A stretch of DNA of 64,000 nucleotides from an uncultured Acidimicrobiia bacterium. GTDB taxonomy: Bacteria > Actinomycetota > Acidimicrobiia > Spongiisociales > JAOTWH01. A program made the position numbers and the translations under genes. Shown here piece after piece: positions 40,110-49,925 of the stretch. The notes under the pieces were generated by a model. The model was given only the letters and a program-made list of their open reading frames with translations, did no database searches and had not been told where the DNA came from. The stretch's first letter is position 1. The number at the start of each line of letters is the position of its first letter. The stretch covers positions 731 to 64,730 of the forward strand of contig CAYFYE010000004.1 of the NCBI GenBank assembly GCA_964347285.1. The letters run 5' to 3'.

Positions 40110-40688
40110 TCACTCCTCGCCTCCCAGTGATTGGAGCGCTCGACGAAGCAGGTCCTCGACCGACCCCTCGACGGGAAGCTCGGCGATCGCCGCCTTCACC
40201 TCGGCGGTTTGATAGCCGAGCGAGTCGAGAGCCTGTCGCACCTCCGACAAGACCGATCCTTCGGCTCCCGGGACCTCCCCGTTATCGAGCTCTAGCTTGG
40301 GACGGAGCTCGATGATCAACTTCTGGGCACTGCGCTTGCCTATGCCGGGGACCGTCTCGAGGGTGGCGATGTCGTCGGCCATGACCGCCCGCCGGAGTTC
40401 TCCGGGCGTCAGCGAACCGCACACCGCCAGGGCCACCTTGGGTCCGATGCCCGACGCCGTCAGCAGGATCCTGAAGACGTCACGCTCCTCTTCCGTGGGA
40501 AACCCGTAGAGATCGAGGATGTCCTCGCGCACATGCAGGTGAGTATGTACAACCACTTCCTCCCCCAGCCCCGGCAGCTCCCCGAGGCCGCGCGGGGTGG
40601 TCGCCACCTCGTACCCGACGCCGCCGACGTCCACCACGATCCGCTCCCCGGATCGAGCGACCAGGGTTCCTCCGAGCCGGCCGATCAC
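40110..40688 (-). CDS. ruvA: Holliday junction branch migration protein
   Basis: [34 protein letters not shown]; GTG 40688. Confidence 0.96.
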   Translation of the reverse strand: MIGRLGGTLVARSGERIVVDVGGVGYEVATTPRGLGELPGLGEEVVVHTHLHVREDILDLYGFPTEEERDVFRILLTASGIGPKVALAVCGSLTPGELRRAVMADDIATLETVPGIGKRSAQKLIIELRPKLELDNGEVPGAEGSVLSEVRQALDSLGYQTAEVKAAIAELPVEGSVEDLLRRALQSLGGEE

Positions 40689-41179
40689 CTGGCCCTCTCT
40701 ACGGCCTGCCGCACCGGTGTGCGCTGGACATGGCACAGCGCCACTGCCAGCGCATCGGCGGCATCGGGGGAAGCAGGCTCGGTCAGTCCGAGCCGGCGCT
40801 CGACCATACGCTGCACTTGTTCCTTGGGAGCATTACCGTATCCGGTCACCGCCGCCTTGACCGCCGAGGGCGTGTATTCGAAGACGGGCAGGCCCGCCTG
40901 GGCCAGCGTGAGCAGCACCACTCCCGAGGCCCGGCCCACCGCAGTGGCGGTGCGCAGGTTGCGGTTGGTAAAGACCTCTTCGACGGCCGCCTCGTCCGGG
41001 CGGTACTCGGCGATCAGCGCCTCCAGGTCGCCGTGGAGCTCGGTGAGACGGAGGGGCAGGGGCGCAGCGGGATCGGTGCGCAATATCCCGATGCCGACCG
41101 CTTTGGATGTCCCCGCCGAATCTTCCACGACGGCATAGCCGGTGGCGGCCAGTCCCGGGTCGATGCCCAATACGAACAT
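40685..41179 (-). CDS. ruvC: Holliday junction resolvase
   Basis: VLGIDPG, EEVF, YTP..VK.AVTGYGNA.KEQV, DAADALAVA. Confidence 0.97.
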   Translation of the reverse strand: MFVLGIDPGLAATGYAVVEDSAGTSKAVGIGILRTDPAAPLPLRLTELHGDLEALIAEYRPDEAAVEEVFTNRNLRTATAVGRASGVVLLTLAQAGLPVFEYTPSAVKAAVTGYGNAPKEQVQRMVERRLGLTEPASPDAADALAVALCHVQRTPVRQAVERAR

Positions 41180-41187
41180 ATGTACGG
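41172..41187. promoter_or_regulatory. Putative LexA (SOS) box over the ruvC start codon
   Basis: CGAAC-ATAT-GTACG, one mismatch to the CGAAC-N4-GTTCG core. Confidence 0.55.
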
Positions 41188-41279
41188 TTCATGGTAGGGC
41201 CGGCCCCCGACCCGGCCAAGGATCTGCCCATCAAGGCCACGCGGGGGTGGCCCGCCCGGTCGGTCCTCGCACCCTCGAC

Positions 41280-42017
41280 TCAGCCGACTTCCGCCATCAC
41301 CTCGTCGGGGATGTCGAAGTTGCCGTATACGGCCTGGACGTCGTCGAGGTCTTCGAGCGCGTCCAACAGGCGCAGCACCTTGGGGGCATCTCCGGCCTCG
41401 ACCGGCACCGTTGCCGTGGGCATCTGGGTGACCTCGGCGGTTTCGATGGAAAGGCCGGCCTCTTCCAATGCTGCTCGCACCGCGGCGACGCGGCCCGGCT
41501 CACAAAGAACTTCCCACTGCCGGCCCGATGGGCGGATGTCGTCGGCGCCGCCCTCGAGGGCGGCCATCATCACCTCGTCCTCGTCCCCAGAGACGAGAAG
41601 GTAGCCGCGCTGCTGGAAGAGATAGGCAACCGAGCCGGGCTCGCCCAGGCTGCCCTGGTTGCGACTGAACGTCGAGCGGACCTCCGAGCCGACCCGGTTG
41701 CGATTGTCGGTCAGGCAATGCACGTACAGGGCCACGCCTCCCGGGGCGTAGCCCTCGTACCACACCTCCTCATAGCTGATGCCTTCCACCTCGCCGGTGC
41801 CTCGTTTCACGGCCCGATCGATGTTGTCGTGGGGCATCGACGCCGCCTTGGCTTTGTCGATGGCCGTGGCCAAGGCGTAGTTGGCTTCCGGATCGCCCCC
41901 ACCTTCGCGGGCGGCCACCTCTATGGCCCGAGCCAGCTTGGCGAAAAGCTGGCCGCGGGCGGCGTCTTTGGCGCCCTTCTTGCGCTTGATCGTGGACCAT
42001 TTCGAGTGTCCCGACAT
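41280..42017 (-). CDS. yebC: YebC/PmpR-family protein
   Basis: MSGHSKWSTIKRKKG, YEGYAPGG, TDNRNR, LEDLDDVQAVY. Confidence 0.97.
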   Translation of the reverse strand: MSGHSKWSTIKRKKGAKDAARGQLFAKLARAIEVAAREGGGDPEANYALATAIDKAKAASMPHDNIDRAVKRGTGEVEGISYEEVWYEGYAPGGVALYVHCLTDNRNRVGSEVRSTFSRNQGSLGEPGSVAYLFQQRGYLLVSGDEDEVMMAALEGGADDIRPSGRQWEVLCEPGRVAAVRAALEEAGLSIETAEVTQMPTATVPVEAGDAPKVLRLLDALEDLDDVQAVYGNFDIPDEVMAEVG

Positions 42018-42586
42018 CAGCCCTCTCCAGCCATCTCCAGCAGCATTGTATGGATCCGCACATCGTCGGTGAGCTCGGGGTGAAACGAGGTCGCCAGGAT
42101 CGTGCCCTGGCGGACCATCACCGCGTGCCCGTCCGACTCGGCCAGGACCCGCACTCCGGCGCCGACCTTGTCCACCCAGGGGGCCCGAATGAACACGGCT
42201 CGAAATGTCCCGTCAAGGCCGTCGATCTCGATGTCTTCTTCGAAGGAGGCCAGTTGGCGTCCGAAAGCATTGCGCTCTACTACCACATCGAGGACGCCCA
42301 GCAACGGTTGCTCCCTGCCGGTGGTGGCGGAAGCGAGAAGGATCATCCCGGCACAGGTCCCCAGCGTCGGCAACCCGTCGGCGATGAGGTCGTGGAGGGG
42401 GCCGAGCAGGTGGTACCTCTCGGCCAGTTTTCCGATCGTCGTCGACTCGCCGCCGGGGATGATGACGGCGTCGAGGCCGGAGAGTTGCTCGGGCGCCCGA
42501 ACCTCCACGGCATCGGAGCCCAGCGAGCGGACCATGGCGGCGTGCTCGCGGAAATCTCCTTGGAGGGCCAGCACGCCGACGCGCAT
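42017..42586 (-). CDS. pdxT: PLP synthase glutaminase subunit
   Basis: MRVGVLALQGDFREH, PGGESTT, GTCAGMILL, FIRAP, SFHPEL; ATG 42586. Confidence 0.97.
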   Translation of the reverse strand: MRVGVLALQGDFREHAAMVRSLGSDAVEVRAPEQLSGLDAVIIPGGESTTIGKLAERYHLLGPLHDLIADGLPTLGTCAGMILLASATTGREQPLLGVLDVVVERNAFGRQLASFEEDIEIDGLDGTFRAVFIRAPWVDKVGAGVRVLAESDGHAVMVRQGTILATSFHPELTDDVRIHTMLLEMAGEG

Positions 42587-42590
42587 CCGG

Positions 42591-43478
42591 CTATTGCCCC
42601 CGGACCTGCATCTTTTCGGTCTCGGGCATCGTGGCCGTATCGAGCCCGGACATCGGCTCGCCCAGTCCCTCGGAGACCTTGGCAACGATCGCGGCGTCCC
42701 GGAAATGGGTGGTGGCCTCGACGATGGAGCGGCCCCGGTGGGCCGGGTCGGCGCTCTTGAAGATGCCCGACCCCACGAAGATGCCGTCACAGCCCAGCTG
42801 CATCATCAGGGCTGCGTCCGCTGGAGTAGCGATCCCGCCGGCGGCGCAATTGTCCACCGGGAGCCGGCCGGTGGCCGCCACCTCTTCGACCAGCTCGTAG
42901 GGGGCCCTCAGCTCCTTGGCCGCGCTCATCAGCTCGTCCCGGCCCAAGGTGGCCAAACTCCTGATCTGGGTGGTCATCAGGCGCATGTGTCGTACCGCCT
43001 CGACGACGTTGCCGGTACCCGGCTCGCCCTTGGTGCGAATCATCGCCGCCCCCTCACCAATGCGGCGGAGCGCCTCGCCCAAGTCCCGGGCCCCGCACAC
43101 GAAGGGCACGGTGAACGCCCACTTGTCCACGTGGTGCTCCTCGTCGGCCGGCGTCAACACCTCGCTCTCGTCGATGTAGTCGACGCCCAGAGCCTGCAGC
43201 ACCTGGGCCTCGGCAAAGTGGCCGATCCGCACCTTGGCCATGACCGGAATCGACACCGCCGCCATGATCTCCTTGACCCGCACGGGATCGGCCATCCGAG
43301 CCACCCCGCCGGCGGCCCGGATGTCGGCCGGGACCCGCTCAAGAGCCATGACGGCAACGGCCCCGGCCTCCTCGGCGGTGGCGGCCTGCTCGGCGGTGGT
43401 GACATCCATGATCACCCCGCCTTTCAGCATTTCGGCCAGGCCTCGCTTGACCCGAACGGTTCCTCGTTCCGACTCCAC
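42591..43478 (-). CDS. pdxS: PLP synthase lyase subunit
   Basis: [47 protein letters not shown]. Confidence 0.97.
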   Translation of the reverse strand: MESERGTVRVKRGLAEMLKGGVIMDVTTAEQAATAEEAGAVAVMALERVPADIRAAGGVARMADPVRVKEIMAAVSIPVMAKVRIGHFAEAQVLQALGVDYIDESEVLTPADEEHHVDKWAFTVPFVCGARDLGEALRRIGEGAAMIRTKGEPGTGNVVEAVRHMRLMTTQIRSLATLGRDELMSAAKELRAPYELVEEVAATGRLPVDNCAAGGIATPADAALMMQLGCDGIFVGSGIFKSADPAHRGRSIVEATTHFRDAAIVAKVSEGLGEPMSGLDTATMPETEKMQVRGQ

Positions 43479-43507
43479 GACGACGATTGTATCGCCCGGC
43501 CCGGCTC

Positions 43508-44542
43508 CTACCGGCCGACGGCATCGTGGTAGGCCCCCAGATAGCCCGACGTCACCGCATCACGATCGAAGCGCCGAACCCGCGACCGGGCCCGAGTGCC
43601 GAGCTCCCCGGCTCGCTGCTGATCCTCGAGCAGCGATGTCACCGCGGACGCCAGTCCCCCGGCATCGCCCGGTGCCACCAAGACCCCGGTATCGCCCAGC
43701 ACTGCGGCGAAGGCCGGAAGGCCACTCGCGACGACTGCACAGCCGGCGGCCATTCCCTCCGCCACCACCAACCCGAAGCTCTCGCCTCCCGTATTCGGGG
43801 CGCACAACACCGTCGCAGATGCCAGCAGGCGCCGCTTCTCGGGGGGGCCGACCGAGCCGACACAGGTGACGCCCGAGGGCAACTGTTCTCTCTCGGCGCC
43901 GACCACCAGAAGTTCGGCGGCCGGCACTCTTTGCCTGACCGAAGGCCACGCCTCCAAGAGCACCGCCAGACCCTTGCGCGGTTCGTCCCGCCCGATGAAG
44001 ATGACCCGGGCGGGCCGCCGCGCCTCGTCGACCTCGTACGAGGAGACGTCGATTCCGTTGGGGATGACCCGGGGCCGGCACAGCCCACGCACCGCGGCTG
44101 CGGCCACGTTGCTGACTGCGGTGGCCACTGCCAGCCGCGCCGCCCAGCGCCGCAACACGGGGCGGGCCCACCGGTAGGCGGCCCGCACTCCCCTACCCGG
44201 ATCGGCGTGGAACGTACCCACCTTGGGCGGGCCCTTCCCTAGGAGGACCGACAGAGAGACGACCGGCACGAAGGGTTCGTGGAGGTGAACGACATCGGCA
44301 CTACGTACCGCATCCAGCGCTGCCCGAGCGGCACCGGGGCCCAGAGCGATCGGGGCCCGGGACCGGTTGACAGGGAACAGCACCGTCCCGGCCACCGGCG
44401 TGGCCCGGACCTCCTCGGTCCCGGGGGCGACCAACCATGCCTCGTGGCCGGCCTCGTGCAGCCATTCGGTCAGCCGCACCGCTTGATCCTGGACTCCCCC
44501 GGGACGGTCCAGTCCATACGGGCAGACGACGGCGATCTTCAC
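43508..44542 (-). CDS. pimA: GT4 glycosyltransferase, phosphatidyl-myo-inositol alpha-mannosyltransferase-like
   Basis: [42 protein letters not shown]; position in the pgsA-patA-pimA operon; GTG 44542. Confidence 0.8.
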   Translation of the reverse strand: MKIAVVCPYGLDRPGGVQDQAVRLTEWLHEAGHEAWLVAPGTEEVRATPVAGTVLFPVNRSRAPIALGPGAARAALDAVRSADVVHLHEPFVPVVSLSVLLGKGPPKVGTFHADPGRGVRAAYRWARPVLRRWAARLAVATAVSNVAAAAVRGLCRPRVIPNGIDVSSYEVDEARRPARVIFIGRDEPRKGLAVLLEAWPSVRQRVPAAELLVVGAEREQLPSGVTCVGSVGPPEKRRLLASATVLCAPNTGGESFGLVVAEGMAAGCAVVASGLPAFAAVLGDTGVLVAPGDAGGLASAVTSLLEDQQRAGELGTRARSRVRRFDRDAVTSGYLGAYHDAVGR

Positions 44543-45438
44543 GCTGCTGCGGTCTCGGCGCCTGCCCGGGTTTGGTCCGAGGGCCAGTTGGGCTGCATGA
44601 TGTGCCACTGCTCCGGCGCCGCCCTGATGATCTCCTCCAGCTTGTGGGCCAGGGCCTGGGTTCCGAGGGCGATTCTCTCCTCCCGGGTCGGGGCGTCGGG
44701 GATCTCGAGACGGGGATGGACCACCAGCCGGTGCCCGCGACCTTCCTTGAAGTAGGAGCCGATGGGGAGGAGCCAGGCTCCGGTGCGGTCGGCCAAGGCC
44801 ACCGGTCCGGCCGGAAGGGTGGTTTCCTCTCCGAAGAAGAGGACCGGTACGCCGTCGCCCTTGACATCACGGTCGCACAGAAGGGCCACCGTGCCCCCGC
44901 GGCGGAGAACCCCGATGAGCTGCCTCGTCACGTTGGCCCCCTTCTCGGCGATGATCACCTCGATGCCGAACCGCTGGCGAGCCTGCCGGAACCAGTCAAC
45001 GATGCGACGGTTCCGCAGTGCCTCGGCCACCGCCACCACCGGATAGCCCACCGCGGCCGACTTGGTGCCGGCCGCCTCCCAGTTGCCGAGGTGGGGAAGT
45101 GCCAGGATCACTCCATGTTCCCCGGAGGCGTCGACCAGTTCCTTGCCGATCACCTCGGAGTGGTCGACGACCGCTTGCCGGCGACGGGGTCGCATCCAGA
45201 AGACCTCGGCCCAGTAGCGCCCGTAGGAGGCGAACATGGCCCGCGCCGTCGGTCGAGGGTCGACACCGGGCCCGAGCGCACGCCGCATGTGCCGCTCGGC
45301 CATCGCCAGCCTCTCTCCGGCGACGAAGGACAGCGAATAGCCGAGGCCCCGGCCCACCCGGCGGATCACCGGTTCCGGGAACAGGCCGAAGATTCCCGTG
45401 AGCACCCGGTAGATCAGATAGCCGGCGAGGTCCCTCAC
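44539..45438 (-). CDS. patA: Phosphatidylinositol mannoside acyltransferase
   Basis: YGRYWAE.F, LPHLGNWE, LLCDRD, FFG...LPAGP, PEQWH.MQP.W; GTG 45438. Confidence 0.85.
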   Translation of the reverse strand: MRDLAGYLIYRVLTGIFGLFPEPVIRRVGRGLGYSLSFVAGERLAMAERHMRRALGPGVDPRPTARAMFASYGRYWAEVFWMRPRRRQAVVDHSEVIGKELVDASGEHGVILALPHLGNWEAAGTKSAAVGYPVVAVAEALRNRRIVDWFRQARQRFGIEVIIAEKGANVTRQLIGVLRRGGTVALLCDRDVKGDGVPVLFFGEETTLPAGPVALADRTGAWLLPIGSYFKEGRGHRLVVHPRLEIPDAPTREERIALGTQALAHKLEEIIRAAPEQWHIMQPNWPSDQTRAGAETAAA

Positions 45439-46055
45439 GCGCCGAGGTGGGCCCAGGTGCGGTAGGCCCGCTGGGCCGCGGTGAACCAGGTGAGCGCGAC
45501 CATGATCCACAGCATGGGAAGGATGGTGGCAGGGCCCAGGCCCTCGATACCGACGGCGACCAACATGACCAGCATGCGCTCCGCCCTTCCCATCAGCCCA
45601 CCTTTGCCTTCGACCCCCCATCCTTCGGCCTTGGAGCGGATGTAGGGGACGAGAAGCGAGCCGACCAGCGCAGCCAAGCACAGGGTGACCCGGACGGCGC
45701 TGTCGACCAGGAAATAGGCGAGGCCGGCCCACAGGGCCGCTTCGCCCAGCCGGTCGGCGAGGGTGTCCAGGAAGGCGCCTCGTCGCGATGTCTTGCCGGT
45801 GACCCGGGCGAGTGGACCGTCGAGGACGTCGAGGGTCGCCCCCACACCGGCGACCAGCGCTCCCGCCAGCAGCCGCCCGGTGGCGATCAGGGCGGCACCG
45901 CCGATCGTGACCGCCAGGCCGGCAATCGTGACCGCGCTCGGAGACACGTGGGCCCGCGCCAGGGCTCTACCGAGTGGAACGACCACCCGGTCGACGCCCT
46001 TGCGTGCTTTGACGTCGAGCACCACCGTCCCCTTGCCGGCCAGGCAAGGTACCAC
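45435..46055 (-). CDS. pgsA: CDP-alcohol phosphatidyltransferase (phosphatidylinositol phosphate synthase); start may be 46022-46025
   Basis: DVLDGPLAR..GAFLDTLADRL, YIRSKAE, GLMGRAER. Confidence 0.88.
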   Translation of the reverse strand: MVPCLAGKGTVVLDVKARKGVDRVVVPLGRALARAHVSPSAVTIAGLAVTIGGAALIATGRLLAGALVAGVGATLDVLDGPLARVTGKTSRRGAFLDTLADRLGEAALWAGLAYFLVDSAVRVTLCLAALVGSLLVPYIRSKAEGWGVEGKGGLMGRAERMLVMLVAVGIEGLGPATILPMLWIMVALTWFTAAQRAYRTWAHLGA

Positions 46056-46108
46056 AGGAAGGGGGGCCTCCGGCCCTCACTAGACTCTCCGGACCGGACG
46101 AGGGAGGC

Positions 46109-48163
46109 ATGGGATTGGAGCCGGAGAGGATCCGGAACGTTGCACTGGTCGGCCATAGCGGATCCGGGAAGACCTCGTTAGCCGAAGCTCTGCTCTTTGC
46201 AGCCGGGACCATCAATCGGCTGGGCCGGGTCGAGGATGGCAACACCGTCACCGACTTCGAGCCGGAGGAGACCGAGCGCTCCGTTTCCATCAGTCTCGGA
46301 CTGGCACCGTTCGACTGGGCCGGCCACAAGATCAACATCATCGACACCCCGGGGTACGCCGATTTCATCGGCGACGTTCGCTCTGCGCTCCGTTCGGCCG
46401 ACCTGGCACTGTTTGTCGTTTCGGCAGTCGACGGCGTGGAGGTCCAGACCGAGGCGATCTGGCAGCTGGCAGCCGAAGAAGGCATCGCCCGGGCCATCTT
46501 CGTCAACAAGCTCGATCGGGAGCGTTCCGACTACCGATCGGTGCTCGCCGAGCTCAAGGAGGCGTTTGGAACCGGGGTCGCCCCGGTGGAGATGCCGATC
46601 GGCGCCGAGGCGCAACTCTCCGGGGTGGCCGGCATCGTTTCCCACCATGCCTTCACCTACCAGCCCGACGATCCCAAGGGCACCGAAGTCGAGCTTCCCG
46701 ATGAGATCAAGGAGCAGGTCGAGGAGGTCCATACCGCGCTGGTAGAGGCCGTGGTGGAGAACGACGACGAGCTCCTCGAGGCCTACTTCGAGGGCCGCGA
46801 GCCGACGCTCGACCAGCTCACCGCCGGCCTCCGCAAGGGAATCATCGAGGGATCGATCTTTCCGGTTCTGTGCGGCTCGGCCACCAAGCTGGTCGGCATC
46901 GACCGGCTGGCGGACTTGCTCATCAGGGATGCTCCCTCCCCCCTCGACCGCCGCCCCCCGCCACTCGCCGAAGGCGAGAGCACTCCTGATCCCGGCGGTC
47001 CGACGGCCGCCTACGTCTTCAAGACACTGTCCGACCCGTATGTGGGGCGCATCTCGCTGTTTCGCCTGTTTTCGGGGACGATCAAGGCCGACGACTCGCT
47101 CGAGATCGCCCGTGATCGAAGCAGTGGGCGAATGCACAATCTCTTCTTCGTGCGCGGTAAGACCCACCACGACACCGGAGAGGTGACCTTCGGCGACATC
47201 GCTGCGGTCGCCAAGCTGGAAGCGATCCGCTCCGGCGACACACTGCGGACGCCCAAATCGGGCGTCGTCATCGAACCGGTCGCGGTACCGAAACCCCAAA
47301 TGTCGGTGGCGGTGAGCCCGCTCACCACTCAGGACGAGGAGAAGCTCTCCACTGCCCTGACGAGATCGGTCGAGGAAGACCCCACCTTGCGGGTAGAGCG
47401 GCGGGCCGAGACCAAGCAGACGATCCTGTCCGGCATGGGAGACTCCCACCTCGAGGTGGCGCTCTCCAAGCTATCGCGCAAGTTCGGTGTGGAGGTGAGC
47501 ACCGAGATTCCCCGGGTCCCCTATCGAGAAACCATCACCTCGTCGGCCGAAGCCGAGGGCAAGCACAAGAAGCAGACCGGGGGTCGGGGCCAGTTCGGCG
47601 TCGCTTTCGTTCGCTTCGAGCCGCTTCCCCCCGGTTCGGGCTACGAATTCGAAGATGCCATCAAGGGTGGGTCGATCCCCCGCCAACTCATACCGGCGGT
47701 AGACAAAGGCATCCGGGAGGCGCTGGAGCGAGGTCCGCTGGCCGGCTATCCGATGGTGGACGTCAAGGCCACGGTATTCGACGGTAAGTACCACTCGGTG
47801 GACTCCGACGAACTCTCATTCCGCATGGCCGGCATTCAGGCGGTCCGGGCCGCGTCCCCCGCCCTCAACCCGGTCCTCCTCGAGCCCTACGTCAAGGTGC
47901 GGATCGTCGCCCCGGAGGACTACATGGGCGACATCATCGGCGACCTCAACGCCAAGCGCGGCCGGGTGGGCGGCATGGACTCGGTCGGGAGGATGCGAGT
48001 TGTGAGTGCCGAGGTGCCGCTGGCCGAGATGCAGCAGTACACGATCGACCTGCGATCGATCACGGGAGGCCGGGGAACCTTCGAGATGGAGTTCTCTCAT
48101 TACGAGCAGGCCCCACCCCAAGAAACACAGAAGGTGATTGCGGCAGCCCAAGCGGAGGAGTGA
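46109..48163 (+). CDS. fusA2: Elongation factor G-like protein (EF-G2)
   Basis: GHSGSGKT, RSVSI instead of RGITI, DTPG, NKLD, KKQTGGRGQFG, DGKYHSVDS; divergent from pgsA. Confidence 0.9.
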   Translation: MGLEPERIRNVALVGHSGSGKTSLAEALLFAAGTINRLGRVEDGNTVTDFEPEETERSVSISLGLAPFDWAGHKINIIDTPGYADFIGDVRSALRSADLALFVVSAVDGVEVQTEAIWQLAAEEGIARAIFVNKLDRERSDYRSVLAELKEAFGTGVAPVEMPIGAEAQLSGVAGIVSHHAFTYQPDDPKGTEVELPDEIKEQVEEVHTALVEAVVENDDELLEAYFEGREPTLDQLTAGLRKGIIEGSIFPVLCGSATKLVGIDRLADLLIRDAPSPLDRRPPPLAEGESTPDPGGPTAAYVFKTLSDPYVGRISLFRLFSGTIKADDSLEIARDRSSGRMHNLFFVRGKTHHDTGEVTFGDIAAVAKLEAIRSGDTLRTPKSGVVIEPVAVPKPQMSVAVSPLTTQDEEKLSTALTRSVEEDPTLRVERRAETKQTILSGMGDSHLEVALSKLSRKFGVEVSTEIPRVPYRETITSSAEAEGKHKKQTGGRGQFGVAFVRFEPLPPGSGYEFEDAIKGGSIPRQLIPAVDKGIREALERGPLAGYPMVDVKATVFDGKYHSVDSDELSFRMAGIQAVRAASPALNPVLLEPYVKVRIVAPEDYMGDIIGDLNAKRGRVGGMDSVGRMRVVSAEVPLAEMQQYTIDLRSITGGRGTFEMEFSHYEQAPPQETQKVIAAAQAEE

Positions 48164-49455
48164 TGATGACCGACAGCACAGCCAAGATCATCCGGAACGG
48201 ATCCGAGCTCGAGGTCGACGTCGTCGAGGGCACCGAAGGCGACGAGGGCCTCGACATCGCCCGCCTGCGATCGGACACCGGTCTGGTCAGTTTCGACCCG
48301 GGCTTCGGCAACACCGCCAGCACCAAGAGCGGGGTGAGCTACGTGGACGGCGAGGCCGGAGAGCTGCGCTATCGCGGCTACACGATCGAGGACCTGGCCG
48401 AACACAGCTCCTTTCTCGAAGTGGCCTACCTCCTCTACTACGGCGAGCTGCCCACCGAGGACCAACTCGCCGAGTGGAGCTCGGTGATCACCCACCACAC
48501 GCTCGTCAACGAAGAGATGAAGCGGCTCTTCGACGCGTTTCCGAAGAAGGCTCACCCGATGGCGATCCTGTCGGCGGCCACCTCGGCACTGTCGACCTTC
48601 TATCAGGATTACCTCGATCCGCTCGATCCCGAGGCCGTCGACCAGAGCACGATCCGACTCCTCGCCAAGGTGCCCACCATTGCCGCCTGGGCCTACAAGA
48701 AGTCGATCGGCCAGCCTTACGTGTATCCCCAGAACTCGCTGGACTACGCGGCCAACTTCCTGCACATGATGTTCGCCACGCCGAGCGAGCCCCTGGTCGT
48801 CGACCCCGTGCTCGCCCGGGCGCTCGACGTGCTGCTGATACTCCACGCCGATCACGGACAGAACTGCTCCACTTCGACGGTGCGCATGGTCGGCTCCAGC
48901 CACGCCAACTTGTTTGCCTCGGTGGCGGCCGGCATGAACGCTCTGTGGGGACCCCTCCACGGCGGAGCCAACCAGGCCGTGGTGGAGATGCTCGAACACA
49001 TCCACGCCGACGGCGGCGACGTCGATCGGTACGTCGCCAAGGCGAAAGACCACGACGACCCCTTCCGGCTGATGGGTTTCGGGCATCGGGTCTACAAGAA
49101 CTACGACCCGCGGGCTCGCATCCTCAAAGGCTTCGCCGACGAGGTGCTTGCCCGGCTGGAGCGCGAGGACCCGCTGCTGGAGATCGCCGTGAAACTGGAG
49201 CAAGTGGCCCTCAACGAGGAGTACTTCATCGAGCGGCGCCTGTACCCCAACGTCGACTTCTACTCGGGGATCATGTTCCGGGCGCTGGGCTTCCCGCTCC
49301 AGATGTTCACCGTGCTGTTCTCGATGGGGCGGCTTCCCGGCTGGATCGCGCAGTGGGCGGAGATGATGCGCGATCCCACCACGCGGATCGGACGGCCCCG
49401 ACAGATCTACGTAGGAGAGACCCAGCGGGACTACGTGCCGGTGGCCGACCGGTAG
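48160..49455 (+). CDS. gltA: Citrate synthase (type II-like)
   Basis: DPGFGNTA, LRYRGY, HADHGQNCST, LHGGANQAV, GFGHRVYKNYDPR, PNVDFYSG. Confidence 0.97.
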   Translation: MMMTDSTAKIIRNGSELEVDVVEGTEGDEGLDIARLRSDTGLVSFDPGFGNTASTKSGVSYVDGEAGELRYRGYTIEDLAEHSSFLEVAYLLYYGELPTEDQLAEWSSVITHHTLVNEEMKRLFDAFPKKAHPMAILSAATSALSTFYQDYLDPLDPEAVDQSTIRLLAKVPTIAAWAYKKSIGQPYVYPQNSLDYAANFLHMMFATPSEPLVVDPVLARALDVLLILHADHGQNCSTSTVRMVGSSHANLFASVAAGMNALWGPLHGGANQAVVEMLEHIHADGGDVDRYVAKAKDHDDPFRLMGFGHRVYKNYDPRARILKGFADEVLARLEREDPLLEIAVKLEQVALNEEYFIERRLYPNVDFYSGIMFRALGFPLQMFTVLFSMGRLPGWIAQWAEMMRDPTTRIGRPRQIYVGETQRDYVPVADR

Positions 49456-49458
49456 CGA

Positions 49459-49923
49459 TCAGCCGTCGGCTATGGGCTCCGAGTAGGAGTCCACGACACC
49501 TCCGCTCAATGCGTCCACCCGGACCAGGGCGCGCTCGGCCGGGGGTTCATCGGCGGAGAACACCAGTACGTTCCAGACGGGGCGGGCCCGCCACCCCTGG
49601 AAGCTCACTTGAGCCGAAGCGTGACCGACGGCGAAAGGCACGGCGCGGTTGGCGATCTCGAGGGCGGCCGACTCGCGGACCTTCAGGTCCCACGCACTGG
49701 TCACGTGATAGAGACCGATGACGGCGAGGGCGGTCGCCATCCCCCACAGTCCCACAGGTAAACCGGCGATGGCGGCCGCTCCGCACAGGAGTGCGCCCAC
49801 CAGATACACCCTCCCCGCCAATCGGCGGCGGCGGGGACTGGGCACCGCGTAGGGCCCGACTGCCGCCGAGTCGAGATCCTCGGGGACACCCTCCGACTCG
49901 GCGATGGATCGCGGGATTTCCAC
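49459..49923 (-). CDS. Hypothetical membrane protein (2 TM plus possible PepSY-like C-terminus)
   Basis: GTG 49923 right after the MMPL stop; two hydrophobic segments; VWNVLV...VRVDALSGGVV. Confidence 0.7.
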   Translation of the reverse strand: MEIPRSIAESEGVPEDLDSAAVGPYAVPSPRRRRLAGRVYLVGALLCGAAAIAGLPVGLWGMATALAVIGLYHVTSAWDLKVRESAALEIANRAVPFAVGHASAQVSFQGWRARPVWNVLVFSADEPPAERALVRVDALSGGVVDSYSEPIADG

Positions 49924-49925
49924 GG

